A DNA stretch of 64,000 nucleotides from Chiloscyllium plagiosum (lineage: Eukaryota): contig NC_057732.1 of the NCBI RefSeq assembly GCF_004010195.1, forward strand, positions 39,097,644 through 39,161,643, given 5' to 3'. A program made the position numbers and the translations under genes. The notes under the pieces were generated by a model, which saw only the letters and a program-made list of their open reading frames with translations, searched no databases and had not been told where the DNA came from. This document shows, piece by piece, positions 12,701 to 27,098 of the stretch (positions within the stretch are counted from its first letter, which is position 1; every line of letters begins with the position of its first letter).

Positions 12701-14909
12701 CTGGATTTTTAAATAATGCTATTGCAAAGTTTATTTTTTGATTTTACATTTCTTTCAGGAATTAACAAGATAGGCAGTGCCTCGACCTGTGTTATTCAAA
12801 TTTGCAATTCTAGCATTGTATCAACCACATAACTTAGGATGGTGTCAATTTTTGGTTTTCCTGACACAAACAGAAGCTACAGCTGCTGTATCAATGAAGA
12901 ATTATGCTGGGGAAGCAAGGTAGGCCTGCACTGTTCAACTAAGCATGGTGTTATATGAATGAATTTCACTGAAGGCTTGACACAATAAATGAACTTCAGT
13001 GTAAGCTGCACAGTAAATATTCACTTTCTGATGCTACAAGTTGGACAATGTCTATTCACGTGGAACATGATTAAAGGGAACTGGTCTGAAACAGGAGATC
13101 TATTAATTACAATATCTTTGAAAAGGCCATTTTGTATTTCTTTGTCTATAAAAATATTAATGTATTAGGAAGAGAGAAAACTGCGGATCCCTCTCCTGTG
13201 CATTGAACTAATCTTGATACATTTTACTTCCCTTCACTCTCAGGTTGCACAATTAAACAGCTTATGTAAAGGATCTTGCAATCCAAGGATTTGAGACCCT
13301 CAGGATGAATTATATGGGAGGGGTGGAACACATTGCTCCCCGCCTCCCCCCAGGTCAAAGGGTTTGTCTTAGCTGATGGATTTGAGAAAAGGATAATACT
13401 TTGGGTGTGACCTTAACAAGCTGGTAGAGCTTTGTCCCTCAGGGAAAGGAAGACTGCCTTGAGAGCTGCTGGACAATGAGATTGGACAATAGTTGAATAG
13501 GCCCAGCAGAACCTGAACCCAGTAATGGGTGGAGCCATATCTGCAAGCAGTCCTGAAGAGTAGATCATGGATGCCAGATGCATAGGTGACTGCCGGGTAG
13601 TTTGGTTAAGGAAGGTCTGAGGAATCTTGAGAAAAGGGGTGGAGTATGGCATTCTGGATACACAGGGCACCTCCCCCATTTTCCAAGGCCTCCATTGTTC
13701 TGTATTCACATAGTAGTGGCAGAAACAGGCCACTGACCTAGTTAAGGTCCTTAATAGATCTAGGAGTGTCTGATGTTTACAAACTGTCCGTATTATGAGG
13801 GCAGCTCGGTGGTTGACAGGAAAGCAGTGGGCTAGATATCTGTTCTATTTTACATGCTTATGTGCTTGTCAGGTATAATGACCTTCTTAAAAGTATTTTG
13901 TTTTTGTAACTTTCCATTGAGATCAATTCGTACATCATTGTAGTTCAGTAGCTGGATAAGTGGGGGAGTATCCTTCCTGACGTGCTTCTGTGGTCACCTA
14001 CAAGTGCACACACATTTCCACATCTGATATGAGCTATATTTCTTGAGACGTTGTCAACCTTAGGTGAGAAGATTTCCTGTAGTGCAACATATATTGTTTG
14101 TCAACTGTGGTAGACCAAGGTGACAAAAATATTTCTTGATGCATTTCCTATTTCAGTGCAACCCTTAGCAAAATCTGAATACTTCCATCAAATAATTGTT
14201 AAGTAACCCAGTGCTTATTTAAATAATGAGATGTTTGTGAGGAGCATAGGCAATGTTAGGAACAGGGAAGACAATTTTACCTAATAAATTCCCCTCATGG
14301 TTTGGGACTTTACCTTTCCATTAATCCTTTAAACACTTTCTCTAAAAATATATATAGTTGTCTTCTGAACTCACTAAATTTATTTTCTTCAAATGTACAT
14401 TAAAGAAAAAAGTAACTTGCACCTTTATAGGATTTTTCACAATTTCAAGATATCCCAAATTGATTCGCATCTAATCAAGTACCTCTAAACTGTGACTGTT
14501 GTTGTATTAGAGGGAAACGCAGCAGCTAATATTGTCCAGCAAAGTTCCATCATTAGAATTATGATAAATGATGTTTTAATATTTACCGAGATACTGTGAG
14601 AAATCCTCTGCTTTTCTTTGAGTAATGACATGGGGATCTTTTACAGTTAGGATCTAAGATTCTGTGATCTAACTGATTGAACTGATGAGACTTCAGTGTA
14701 AAACTGCCAGTGTAAATTCTTCCTCATTACTCCACTTCAGCTTAAATTATGTGTTCAGATCTCTGGAGGAGTACCTCAACCTTCTGATTCACACTGCAGA
14801 CTATTATGAAGATCAAAGACTACTATTATACCATATTCAATTATTGTCATTTTATACATGATCAAAATCATTAAGTGCATCTTCACATCAGTTGTTTTTA
14901 GTTGAAAGG

Positions 14910-15895
14910 ATTTATTATTGTCACATGTACCTAAGCACAGTGTAAAGTTTTGTTTTGTGTACAATACAGGCAGGTCATAACATACAGGAACACAGATCAT
15001 AGGGTGTTTGAACAGAGCGAGACATACAGAGTTATGGCTGCACAGGAGGTATACAAAAGCAAGATCAAAATTAGATTTGAAATTTGAGAGGTCCACTCAG
15101 CAATCTAATAACAACAGGGGAGAAACTGTCCTTGAACCTGTTGGTATGTGTGTTTAATCTTTTGTATCTTCTTTTGATGGAAGATGTTGAAAGGCATTGT
15201 TACTGATGTGAGAGGGATCTCTGATGATGTTGGCTGCTTTTCCACAACAGTAAGAAATATAGATGGAGTCAATGGATGGGAGGTTGGCTTGCATGATGGT
15301 CTGAGCTGTGTTCACAACTTTCTGTAATTTTTTACTGTGCTGGGCAGAGCAGTTGCCGTACCAAGCCATGATACACCCAGGTAGTATGCTTTCTCTGGTG
15401 TGTCTATAGATTTTGGTGAATGTCCTTATGAACATGCTGAATTCCTTAGCCTCCTCACGAAGAGAGGTGTTGTTCTGCCTTTTGACCGTCGCATCTACAT
15501 GGGTGGTCTAGGACACATTGTTTGTTATCGTCATTCCCAAGTACTTTGATGCTCTCAACCCTTTCCATTTCAGCTCCACTGATGTAGATAGGGGCGTGTC
15601 GCACTCCTTTCTTCCAGTAGTCATTGATCAGCTCTTTTGTTTTGCTGACATTGAGGAAGAGATCATTATTTTTCCACCACAACATTAAACATTTTACCTC
15701 CTTCCTGTATTGTGTCTCATCATTATTTGTTATCCAGCCTACAACAGTGGTATCACCAGCAGCATTTGGATGAAATTTGGCCTCATAGTTATGAGTGTAC
15801 AGGGTGTACAGTAGGGAACTGAGTACACATCCTTGCGGGACGGCAGTGTTAAGAATTATCTTGGAGGAGGTACTTTTGTCTATCTTAACTGATGA
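14910..15895 (-). mobile_element. Rex1/Babar-type LINE 3' half, decayed
   Basis: 'WWKNNDLFLNVSKTKELI', 'ESILPGCIMAWYGNCSAQHSKKLQKVVNTAQ'; similar to the copy at 8790-9797. Confidence 0.8.
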
Positions 15896-16637
15896 TCACA
15901 TCTCATATCATGTGGTTTTCATTGCTCAATGCACTATTAAATACACTGCAACCTAAAATTCAGAGATCAAGCATGACACAACTGCATTCAGGACTCATAT
16001 TTAACATACTAGCTCATCTACTGTGATTTCAACTTCATATCTACCTCTTGCTGCTTCACAGACTACTTTACTATGGCAGGCATATAATCTGTCTCTCCAT
16101 AGGTGACTTCTTCATAACTGCTTGTAATATAAATCCACTTGCAACTGAGTTGATTACCTCCATCCTCTTTCCTTTGGTGTATTCTTTAAAGGAATGAGAT
16201 CTTCTGATGAAACACCTTCATGGATATCCTATGACTTATAGTGTGTGTGTGATGGCCCTGAAGACAAAAACAAAACTGATACCTCACAGTCTTAACAATC
16301 GCCATTGTTACAACCAAGGCTTGAAAATAGTCACCCTAGTCTCATTACTCCATGGGTCATAACATAAAATAAAAAATAAATAAGATGTAAAATAATCCCA
16401 AATGTCTCATTATCTCACTTTCATTTTAGATGTAGGGAAATCCATTAACACTTGTAATTTTGCTGTTCTTGGCAGCACTTGTTGTTGCCCTAATGTATGC
16501 TGTGGGTAGATTACTCATGCCTTGCAAATTTTGGCTAGGTTTAACACAAACACAGCTGAATGAAAGTTCCTAAACAAACTTTTCAGTTGATCCAATTCGT
16601 CCTGCAAAATATTGCTGCACACCAATACATTATCAAA

Positions 16638-16988
16638 GGCTGGTACAGTGGCTCAGCGGTAAGCATTACTGCCTCACAGCACCAGAGGCCTAGGTTTGAT
16701 TCCAGTCTTGGGCGACTGTCTGTGTGGAACTTGCACATTCTCCCCGTGTCTACATGAGTTTCCTCCCGGTGCTCGAGTTTCCTCTCACAATCTAAAAATG
16801 AGCAGGTTAGGTGGATTGGCCATGCTAAATTGCACATAATGTCCACAGATGTGGAGGATAAGTCAATAAGCCATGAGAAATTCAGGGCTACGGGGATTGG
16901 ATAGGGAGGTGGGTCTTGGTAGGATGCTTTTCAGAGGGCTGATTGTGGACTCAATAGGCCAAATGGCCTGCTTTCACACTGTAGGGAT
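16638..16988 (+). mobile_element. HE1-type SINE (older copy)
   Basis: A/B boxes and the HE1 core and tail, diverged. Confidence 0.85.
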
Positions 16989-19299
16989 TATATGCTTCTT
17001 GGTTCATTAGTCTATGGAAAGGTGTTAGAACAATTTTAGTCCAAACAGCATCCCTTGGCATAGAAAGACCATCTGCTGTCATAAAGACCGATATATCTTT
17101 ATCTCTGACTATTACAGGAACTTGCCAGTACAGTCAATTCTGCATAACACGTGTTTCTTCAACGTGAATTGGCTTAAACATGATCAAAGTACTTAGACTG
17201 TTATTTGAAGAACGTGAACCTTCCTTACGTGTATTGGCTATAATGCAACTCTGACCCCATTAGTCTAAATGGTATGGCTAGTGCATGATTTTCTTATAAC
17301 TCGAGATCACACGAGAAAAGAACTATAGTGTTATATCTGAACCGATCGAACTCTTTTAACAAATTTTGCTAAGAATCTTGGCACTGCCAACTCTATCAAT
17401 ATGTCTTCAAAGCAAGGACTTGGTTACAAGTCTACATTTGTTACTGCATTGACTTTTTTGTGGTCAATGTGGAGTCGAGCTGAACCAACAAGCTTGGTTT
17501 CTTATACTAGTGGGGATCTCCAGCTCTTTTGATTGGATTCAATTAAAAATAATTCCAAAATGTATTAGATGCCTGCTTTCACCCTAGGTCTGTTTATCTA
17601 GACCTAAGTGATAAGGATGTGGATTTATATAAGAGGATTCTCCTACATTCTCATTATGGCTAAAGTTGTACACCCAAGTTTGTCCCTCCAAACTTCTTTA
17701 AATTTGGTCACCATTGTCATGTCTTTTCATACTTCTGCACTTAAATATGAAAGCATGATGTTTAACCTCCCTAACTGTTCAGTATTAGCTAATTAGAAAA
17801 TCAATGATTAATTTTCAGAATTGCTTAGTTCTCTTTCTGCCTCATTGTCACCACCCCTTTCATCCTCCCCTGTCCTTACTACCTGATACATTTGCATTAG
17901 CTTATCCTCCTCCTCACTGTGTTGATGCTTCAACATATTGATGAGACACCGCTGAATCTTTATCTGGTGATATGAGGTTTCAATTAAATAATTTATATCA
18001 TCAATCCTTTTGACCAGGGCAAGTGCTGCTCCTACAGAGGCCCACAATTGATCTGAACAAAGTGGTTTCATCCACATCCCAAGCACAGCAGCCCCACCCA
18101 CTCAAATGACATAAAGAAAACCTCCACATTTTTCACTCAAAGTTTGGTCACATCTCATCTAAACTACAAAGTTTAACATTTCTATGCTGGACCTCAAATC
18201 ATGATTCAGATTTTTCCCAACAATATCTGTCATCTCCAGTCTGCACTACATAATTTTAAGATTATTTTTGTGTTCTCTTGCCTTATCTCTTCTTGCAGTT
18301 CTAATTCTAATTTACTAAATTTCCATTTTTTTCAATTCCATTTTCCTTTCTTTATCTTTCTCTTCCCTTTTCTTGTCATTTTCTGCTTTTTCTTTGTCTA
18401 TTCTTCCCTTTGGAATTCTAGTTTTCACTCTCCTGTATTACTCAAACTGCTTTAACAATGTTAAAAATCACACAACACCAGGTTATAGTCCAACAGGTTT
18501 AACTGGAAGCACATTAGCTTTCAGAGTCCAACTCCTTCATCAGGTGATTGCGGAGGACACAATTGTCAGGCACAGAATTTATAGTAAAAGTTTACAGTAT
18601 AATGTAACTGAAATTATACATTGAAAAATACCTTGATTGTCTGTTGAGTCTTTCATCTGTTTGACATAGTTTGCTCAGGAAATACAATCTGGAGATCTTT
18701 TTTACTCTTTCAAAAGAATAATTAGCTTGTTGATCTCAACAAGAGAGTTCACTTTTCAGAAATGAGAGATCAGCTGGGCAAATTTTTCTTAGCAAGTTTT
18801 CCACAAACCCAGCTTGCTCTTTCCAGGTTTCCCTCCAACTAACCAGATAAAATACACTTCTCCAACCGAGTCACTATTGAAATAACGCCAGCATTGGTTC
18901 TACAGCAAAGCAAGTAGTTATTACCAGTCATGAGATTTCTGAGAAGACTTGTATAAATAGAATCTCCAATGTCCATGGTGAATATTCAACAAACTCTTTT
19001 AAAGAAACAACTCTGCAAATTTCCACAAGACATGAAATGAATCAATTTTTCACAACTTTTCAAAAATTAAATGCTCCAAATGTTTAAAATATGAAGCAGC
19101 ATTGTAACACCATGTCCATCTTTCACTCAACTGCAGTAAAATCCTAATGCTATGTTCTCATCTTATTGAAAGTTCTCTGTAAACTAAATGTATTGCACAA
19201 TGGCACCCCAATGCTCTGTGCATCATTTGTTTAAGACAGTGCATCTTAGTCCCAATGCTATGTGTGTGTGTGTGTGTCTCCGTCAGAGACCTGTACCAG

Positions 19300-20412
19300 A
19301 ATGTAGAACAAAGAACATTACAGCGCAGGAACAGACCCTTAGGCTCTCCAAGCCTACACCGATCCGTAACCTCTATCTAAATCTGCCATCTATTTCCTAA
19401 GGATCTGTATCTCTTTGCTCCATTCATGTATCTGTCTCAATACATCTTAAGTGATGCTATCATTTCTGCCCCATCACCACCACTGGCAATGTATTCCAGG
19501 CACCCACCACCCTCTGCGTAAAATATTAGATTAGATTTCCTACAATGTGGAAACAGGCCCTTTGGCCCAACACGTCCACACCGACCCTCCGAAGAGTAAC
19601 CCACCCAGACCCATTTCCCATGTTTACCCCTGACTAATGCACCTAATTCTATGGGCAATTTCGCATGGCCAATTCACCTACCCTGCACATTTTTGGACTG
19701 GGGGACGAAACCGGAGCACCCGGAGGAAATCCACGCAGGCACAGGGAGAATGTGCAAACTCCACACAGACAGTCACCCGAGGGTGGAATTGAACCTGGGT
19801 CCCTGGCGCTGTGAGACAGCAGTGCTAACTACTGAGCCACCATGCCCCATATATTTCCCTAAATTCTTCCCCTCTCACTTTGAACTCGTGGCTCCTAGTA
19901 ACTGAGTCCTCCACTCTGGGAAAAAGTTTCTTGCTATCCACCCTGTCTACACCTCTCATGATTTTGTAGGCCTCAATCAGGTCCCCCCTCAACTACCTTC
20001 TTTTCAATGAAAATAATCTTAGCCTACTCAACCTCTCGTCATAGCTAACACCCTCCATACCAGGCAACATCCTGGTGAACTTCCTCTGCACCTTCTCCAA
20101 AGCATCCACATCTTTTTGGTCATGTGGCAACCAGAACCGTACGCAAAATTCCAAAGGTGGCCGAACCAAAGTTTTATACAATTGTGACATGACCTGCCAA
20201 CTCTTGTACTCAATACCCTGTCTGATGAAGGAAAGCATGCCGTATGCCTTCTTGACCACTCTACTGACCTGTGTTGCCGCCTTCATGAAACAATGGACCT
20301 GAACACCCAGATCTCTCTGTACATTAATTTTCCACAGGACTTTTCCATTTACTGTATAGTTCGTTCTGGAAATTGCATCTTCCAAAATGCATCATCTTGC
20401 ATTTGTCTGGAT
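19300..20412 (-). mobile_element. CR1/HER1-type LINE 3' part, interrupted by a SINE
   Basis: ORF 19993..20385 'QRDLGVQVH..KKAYGML..LYKTLVRPPLEFCVRFW..LEKVQRKFTRMLPG' is the CR1 ORF2 C-terminus. Confidence 0.9.
19525..19848 (-). mobile_element. HE1-type SINE nested in CR1
   Basis: Reverse complement of the HE1 consensus, with the (TTAGA)n tail at the left end. Confidence 0.9.
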
Positions 20413-21819
20413 TACAGTATGTACTGTAATAATGGTAATACCACATTAAAAGGTTTTTAAAACACCTGTTGCTGTCTTATTCCATTGTCATTCTGCATAG
20501 ATCCCCTGTTTACTGTATCAACTAAGTGTTAAGAACTAGCACATGGATCAATCTGCTTTTAAAATTGCTTTGCTGCAGGATGGATGCATAGTATTCACAC
20601 ATTATATCAAACGCCAAACTGAATGCATTGGTGTGACTTTCTCTTTCTCTTTGGTTTAAAAATAATTATTTATTGAATAAAAATGCAAGCACATGTAAAT
20701 AATAGTCAGAAGAAAAGAACAATTGACTATTTACTTTTGCTGAAAAACGTTCCTGTCCAAAAACAGAAATAAATGTTAACATTTTCTTGAGTGGAATTTC
20801 CATATCTGCATAATGGAAATTCCGCTGACTAAAGAAGGAGCGTTGGAACAAGTGACTACGTTAAAGTTGCTTTATAACTGCAAGTTGTTGATGTTGATAA
20901 AGGAAATATGTGAGAAGTAACTCAAACGTGAAATGAAATCTGTGGGCATGTAATAGAGCAGCTGCACCCAATTCCCTAATTCACAGAGTCAATACTGACA
21001 AAGTTGCAACATGGCCTGTGGGGTGGGTATGAGGAGGGTTGTCCTGTTGGTTTTCATAATATCCTTGCCAAGGGATAGAAGTGCAGCAAACTTGGAGTGA
21101 GCATTGTAAATACATAATAAGGACTGATTTGACCTTTAGTTTAATTCAGATCAAATTACAATATATCCCACAACTCTCCCTAATGAAATTGGACCAGGGT
21201 TCAAAGGGACTGATCTTATGTAGCAATCTAATTTGGAAGGGCTTTTGTAGTACAGTGTTAGTGTCCCTGTCTCTGAGCAAGGAGGCCTGGATTCAAGTTC
21301 CACCTGCTCCAGAGAAATGTTATATCATATAAGCATGTTGATTAGAAACTATCTGCAACTTTGCTTGTCTGTTATCAGTCAATTGTTCTCTTTTATCCTA
21401 CATCATGCAAAAGGAGGTAATCAATTGTATCATTCTTGCATGTATAGCAAAAGCAGAAACATGGGAACACCCCCACCTGCAAGATCCCCTCCAAGCCACT
21501 CACCATCCTGACTTTGAAATATATCACTGTTCCTTCACTGTTGCTGGATCAAAGTCCTGGAATTCCCTCATGGCATTGTGGGTTAATCCACAGCAGGTGG
21601 ACTACAGCGGTTCAAGAAGGCAGATCACCACCAACTTCTCAAGGGCAACCAGGGACAGGTAATAAATGCTTGTCAGCCAGCTACAACGACATCACACAAA
21701 AGAGTTAAAAAAGGATTGTAATGTTGTGATAATTGACACCCTTTCTTCATAGATAATGGACGGGCAGTTGAAATCTCTTGCATGCACTTCCTGCACCACA
21801 TGAAAACTTCAGGATATTT

Positions 21820-23970
21820 CATAGAAGTTTACAGCACAGAAAAAGGCCCTTCAGCCCATCAAGTTTTAGCTGATTAAGGACAACCACTTAACTTTCCTAA
21901 TCTAATTTTCTGACACTGAGCCTATAGCCTTATATACCTTGGCATCAAAAGTGCACATTCAAATACTTCTTAAATGTTTTGAGGGTTTCTGCCTTTACCA
22001 TCCATACAGGCAGTGAATTCTAGGTTCCCACCACCTTCTGGGTGAAAATATTTTTCCTTACATCCCTTCTAAACTTCCTGTCCCTTATCTTAAATCTGTG
22101 CCCCAGGTTATTGATCCCTCTACTAAGGTGAATGATTTCTTTCTGTCCAGCCTACCTATGCCCCTCCTAATTTTATGCATCTCAGTCAAGACCCCATGAG
22201 TCTTCTCTGCTTCAGTCTATCCAATTTCTCTTCATAACTAAAACTCTTCAGCCCAGACAACATCCTAGTAAATCTCCTCTGCACCTTCACCAGTGCAATT
22301 ACATCCGTCCAATAATGTTGATTCCAGAACTGCACACAATATTCCACCTATGGCCTAACCAACATTTCATAGTTCAATATACCCAGCAGTTCAAGCAGCA
22401 CCTCCCTGCTCTTAAACTCTATGCTTCAACTACTAAAAGCAGGACTTCCATATGCCTTCCTAACCATTTTATCTGCCAGTCCTCCTACTTTAAAGGTGTT
22501 GGTGGACACGCACACCAAGGTCCCTCTGATCCTTGGTGCTTTCTAGGGTCCTACTCCTCACCATGTTCTCCCTTGTGTAACTTGCCGAAGTACATGACCT
22601 TCCACTTATATGGATTATATTCTATTTACCATTGATCAGCCCATCTGACCAGCCTGTCTATATTCTCTTGTAATCTAAAGCTATTCTCAATGTTTACCAC
22701 CCCACCAACTTCTGTATTATCCATGAATTTATTGGTTTGCCCTCCTGCATTCAAGTCTAAGAAATGTATATATGCCACAAGCAGCAGTGATTCCTGCAGA
22801 GCCCCTCAGAATGCAGACTTCCAGTCACAAAAACATTTCCTGACCATCACCTTGTGCTTCCTGCCACTCAGGCAATTTTGGATTCAATTAGCCAAATTTC
22901 CTTGGATCCCATGGGCTCTTAACTTTGCTGGAATCCAAGTAGACTACATCAGATGCATTGCTCTCATCTACACACCTGGTCACCTCTTTGAAAAATTCAG
23001 TCAAGTTGGTCAAACATAACCTTCCTTTAACAAAACCATGCAGATTGTTCTTGATTAATTTCTGCCTCCAAGTACAGATTAATTCTGTCCTTCAGAATTG
23101 CTTCCAATAGTTTCCCCACCACTAAGTGAAACTGACTGGCCTATAGTTTCCTGATTTACGTCTTCCTTCTTGAATAATGGTATTGCATTGTCTGTCCTTT
23201 AGTCCTCTGGCACCTCTCCTGTGGCCAGAGAAAAACTGAAAATTATTGCTGATGCCCCTGCTATTTTATCCCTTGCTTGGAATATATTTCATCTGTTGAA
23301 ACTTTATTGCTGGAACAGCACAGCAGGTCAGGCAGCATCCAGGGAACAGGAGATTCGACGTTTCGGGCACAGGCCCCCTCACTCCTGGGTATCTCATATG
23401 CTGTATCTAAACCACCCTGAAACCCTCGATTTGATGCCAGTCTGTCCCTCACTCTTGGGTATCTCATATGCTGTATATAAACCAGTGCCCGAAACATCGA
23501 ATCTCCTGTTCCCTGTATGCTGCCTGACCTGCTGTGCTGTTCCAGCAATAAAGTTTCAACTTTGATCTCCAGCATCTGCAGACCTCACTTTCTCCTCATA
23601 TATTTCATCTGGCCCTGGAGATTTATCTACTTTTACGCTTGGCAGATCACTAAGAACCACCTCTCTGTCGAGTAATGTCTTTAATTACATCGCAGTCCTT
23701 CTCCCTGATTTCTATACCCACATCATCACTCTCACTAGTGAACATCAATACAAAATACTAATTTAATACCCTATCTACATCCTCTGCGTCCACGCACAGA
23801 TTACCATGTAGGTAATAATGGGCCCAACTCTTTAGTTATCTCTAGTTATCCTTTTACCTTTAATGTACTTTAAAATAACTTAGAATCCTCCTTTATTTTA
23901 CTTGCTATTTTCTTTTCATGCCCCCTTTTTGTATTCCTAATTTCTTTTTTAAGATCCCTTTGCTCTTCTA
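21820..23970 (-). mobile_element. Old CR1 LINE ORF2 remnant
   Basis: Degenerate reverse-complement CR1 RT and 3' sequence, similar to other CR1 copies in the window; boundaries approximate. Confidence 0.7.
23296..23597. mobile_element. Penelope-like insertion with inverted terminal repeats and 14-bp TSD
   Basis: Arms 23295-23370 and 23485-23560 are near-perfect reverse complements; the insert is flanked by the direct repeat ATATATTTCATCTG (23282-23295 and 23598-23611). Confidence 0.8.
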
Positions 23971-24124
23971 GAGCTTCTGCTGTTTTGTGCCTTCTTGAAT
24001 GTCTCTTACTGCTTTGATACAGAAGTATCTAAGAGTATCTGCTCCCTATCCACTCTGGCAAAATCATATCTTTCATGTTTCTAGATGGGGCCAAACATGT
24101 ATGAAGTGTCCTCCTGTTTGATAT

Positions 24125-24820
24125 CAAGGTCGACAGTGTGGTGCTGAAAAAGTACAGCAGGTCAGACAGCATCCGAGGAGCAAGAGAATCAATGTTTTGG
24201 GCATAAGCCCTTCATCAGGAATGAGGCTTGTGGGTCCAGGCTGAGAGATAAATGGGAGAGGGGGTGGGGTTGGGAGTAGATAGCTGGGAAAGTGCTTGGT
24301 GGATGAAGATGAGGGAGAAGGTGATAGGTCAGAGGGAGGAGAGAATTAGGGAGAATCAGAAGACATTTTATACATATATTAGGAGCAAGAGGCGAGCTAA
24401 GGAAAGGGTGAGTCCACTCATGGACAAAGGAGAGAGCTTGTGCATGGAATCACAGAAAGTGGGTGAGGTTTTTTATAAATACTTTGAATCAGTTTTCACC
24501 AAGGAGAAGAACATGGATGATGGTAAAATTAGAGAGGGGGTTATTGATATTCTACAGCATGTGAAAATTAAGGAGGAAACAGGTGTTTTCAAACCATGAA
24601 ATCAGATAAGTCCCCAAGACCTGATTGGATCTATCCCAGGATATTAAGGGAGGGGATGATTGAGGCCAAATCACTATAAACGAGTTCCAGGAACACTGGA
24701 GAATTATTCCTTTGCTTATGAGGGTAACAAGGATAATCCAGGAAATCATAAGTTGGTGAGCCTTATATCAGTGTGAGGGAAATTATTGGACAACGCTCTT
24801 AGGGACAGAATTTACTTGCA
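24125..24820 (+). mobile_element. Penelope-like terminal fragment joined to a CR1 ORF2 fragment
   Basis: 'gcccttcatcagga' terminal repeat, then 'IRENQKTFYTYIRSKRRAKERVSPL..YFESVFTKE' (CR1 ORF2 linker). Confidence 0.7.
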
Positions 24821-26366
24821 TCAGAAAGCCTGCTCCTACACACACCCACTCAGTGAAGTCTGAAACATCCCTGCCTGGTAGCTTTTCTGTGAACTTCATA
24901 GGCTTCACATCTGCTCAAGTCCCCACCCAACCTGTCTATATGAGTCTGTAGCTCTCCACCATCCCCAGCACCTGGCACAAGAGGTGACCATGCCATACAT
25001 TGCTGCCATCCTCATTGAAGTTCCTCACTGTGGACAAACCTCCCTCCTTCCTGCAGCACCCCCTTTTCATCCAAACTTTACTGTATTTCCACTTCAAATA
25101 CTATTAACCCCCTCCACAGTTATCACCACCCTTTCCCTCTGGTCTGTAGCCCCAATTCCAAAGTAAAGGTTCTCAAAACGCCTTCCTGTGGTAGCAGTCT
25201 GCCCCCACTGCCCCCTGCTTTATCCCTCCTTTCCTCTTACTTTCTGTGGGCAGATCCAACAGACTGACCATGGCCTTGAGTGGCATAATTGAACAGTCCA
25301 ACTTGAGAAGTGCATTAACCTTTGGTTGATACCTAGATATCTCCTGACCATGTTAGCCTTATCATTCCCCTTCCCCCAAGATGGTCATTAAGGAGCCATA
25401 GGACTGACAATGACCCACTCCCCAGACAGAGGCACACAGCCCCTGACCAAAATCACCTTGACTGTGGCCTATCTGATAGACTGGTATCAAAGGTTGTCCT
25501 TGATAGTTTTGTGAGACCCCTGACTGTCAGGGACATCCATGGACTTTAGTGAGGGATTTTCCCCTCGCAGTTTGAGATATGGTGCCTGCTTGATGCACAT
25601 ACAGAGTGTTTGCTACATAGGCTGCTGGCATATTGTGCAGGTATGAGATTGGCACAGCACAGTGTCATACAACAAGATATATGCCCCCTTGACTGAGGAC
25701 TGCTGACCAGCAAGGCAAGCTGCCTGGATGTTCAACTGTGTGAAATGGCATGGTAAGCAGAAGGGTTCAAATCCCATGAAAGCAACAGATCAAATATAAA
25801 TTCAATTATAAAGTCTGGAACTGAATGTTGGTAAAGGTGATTCTAAACTATTTTCAAATGTTGTAAAAACCCATCTAGTTTACTAAGGTCCTTTTGAGAA
25901 GGAAATCTGTCATCCTTACCTGGCCTGACCTACTTGTTACTCCTAACCTACAGCAACATAGATGACTCTTATCTGCCTTTGAAATGGCTAAGCAAAGCAC
26001 ACAGTTCAAGGTTAATTGGGCAAGAAATGTTGGCTTTGCCAGTAATATCCACACCCCATTTAAAAATAAAGAAATAAAGTACTGCCGCTAGCTTACAGTT
26101 AGGTAACTGGATGAATGAATCAACATTATCTGGGTGCTGCATTGTGTACAAATTAACAGTGCAACTCGTTGACTTCTAGATAAATGGATGGATGAATTGG
26201 AATTATACAAATATAATACAAGAAAAATTGTATACATAAGAAAATAGACCACATGTAGATCAACCCACAAACTGGTAGACATAAAGCCTCAGAAACCCAG
26301 CATGAAATGATATGTTAAATTGTTATATTTATATTTAACAAACTGCATAGAAATAGGTGACTGCTA

Positions 26367-26682
26367 GGGCAGCATGTTGGCTCAGTGGTAGTACCGCTGC
26401 CTCGCAGCGCCAGGGATCAGGGTTTGAATCCAGCCTCGGGCGACTGTCTGCGTGGAGTTTGCACATTCTCCCATGTCTGTGTGGGTTTGCTCCGGTTTCC
26501 TCCCACAGTCCAAAAATGTGCAGGTCAGGTGAATTGGCCATGCTAAATTGCCCAAAACGAATGATAGGTGCATTAGTTGGGGAATGGGTCTGGGTGAGTT
26601 GCTCTTCGGAGGGTCGGTGTGGACTCGTTGGGCCAAAGGGCCTGTTTCCACACTGTAGAGAGTCAAATCTAATCTAATCTAA
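26367..26682 (+). mobile_element. HE1-type SINE
   Basis: A/B boxes, HE1 core and (TCTAA)3 tail; ~370 bp upstream of the gene 1 start codon. Confidence 0.9.
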
Positions 26683-27052
26683 TTATGCAGTTTCCTCAAA
26701 AAATATTGCTTCAGCTTAGCTGAAGGCTTAATCTCTACACAGTAATGATGAAATTCCAAGTCAAATTGGTCTAGTGTTTAATTACAACATAGAAATCTCA
26801 TATATGGAACTCTTCCTGCAATCACAGCTGCCTATAAACCAGTGATCGAGCAGTACAGGATTTGCACCCACAATGCTCTGCCACCTACTGTTTTGTCCAT
26901 GTGCCTTCATCCATTGTTCCACACGCTTTGTACACTAAGGTAATAGGCTACCTCATGCTATTCGCGAAATAGACTGAACTGGGTTAAGGTTTTCACATGA
27001 TGTAGTCAGTTTGGCTGGTGATCTCTGCCTAGTAACTTCACCTATGTGCGAA

Positions 27053-27098
27053 ATGAAAATTTTCTACACTTTTCTACAGCTGCTGTTACCATTTACAG
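27053..27098 (+). CDS. Gene 1 exon 1: signal peptide MKIFYTFLQLLLPFT(D)
   Basis: ATG at 27053 (in-frame upstream ATG at 27044), hydrophobic leader, ACAG|GTACTT donor in phase 1 matching the V exon; predicted cleavage TDG|QRD. Confidence 0.75.

Noticed and set aside
18201-18455. Hydrophobic ORFs as TM exons (also 10467, 39333-39703, 60512)
   Set aside because: They are products of T-rich or TG-rich low-complexity DNA with no consistent splice or phase context.
1-26900. Additional Ig-domain exons or paralogues upstream of gene 1
   Set aside because: I found no C..W..DxGxYxC or C1 motifs in the ORF track or by eye; short exons of a distant gene cannot be excluded.
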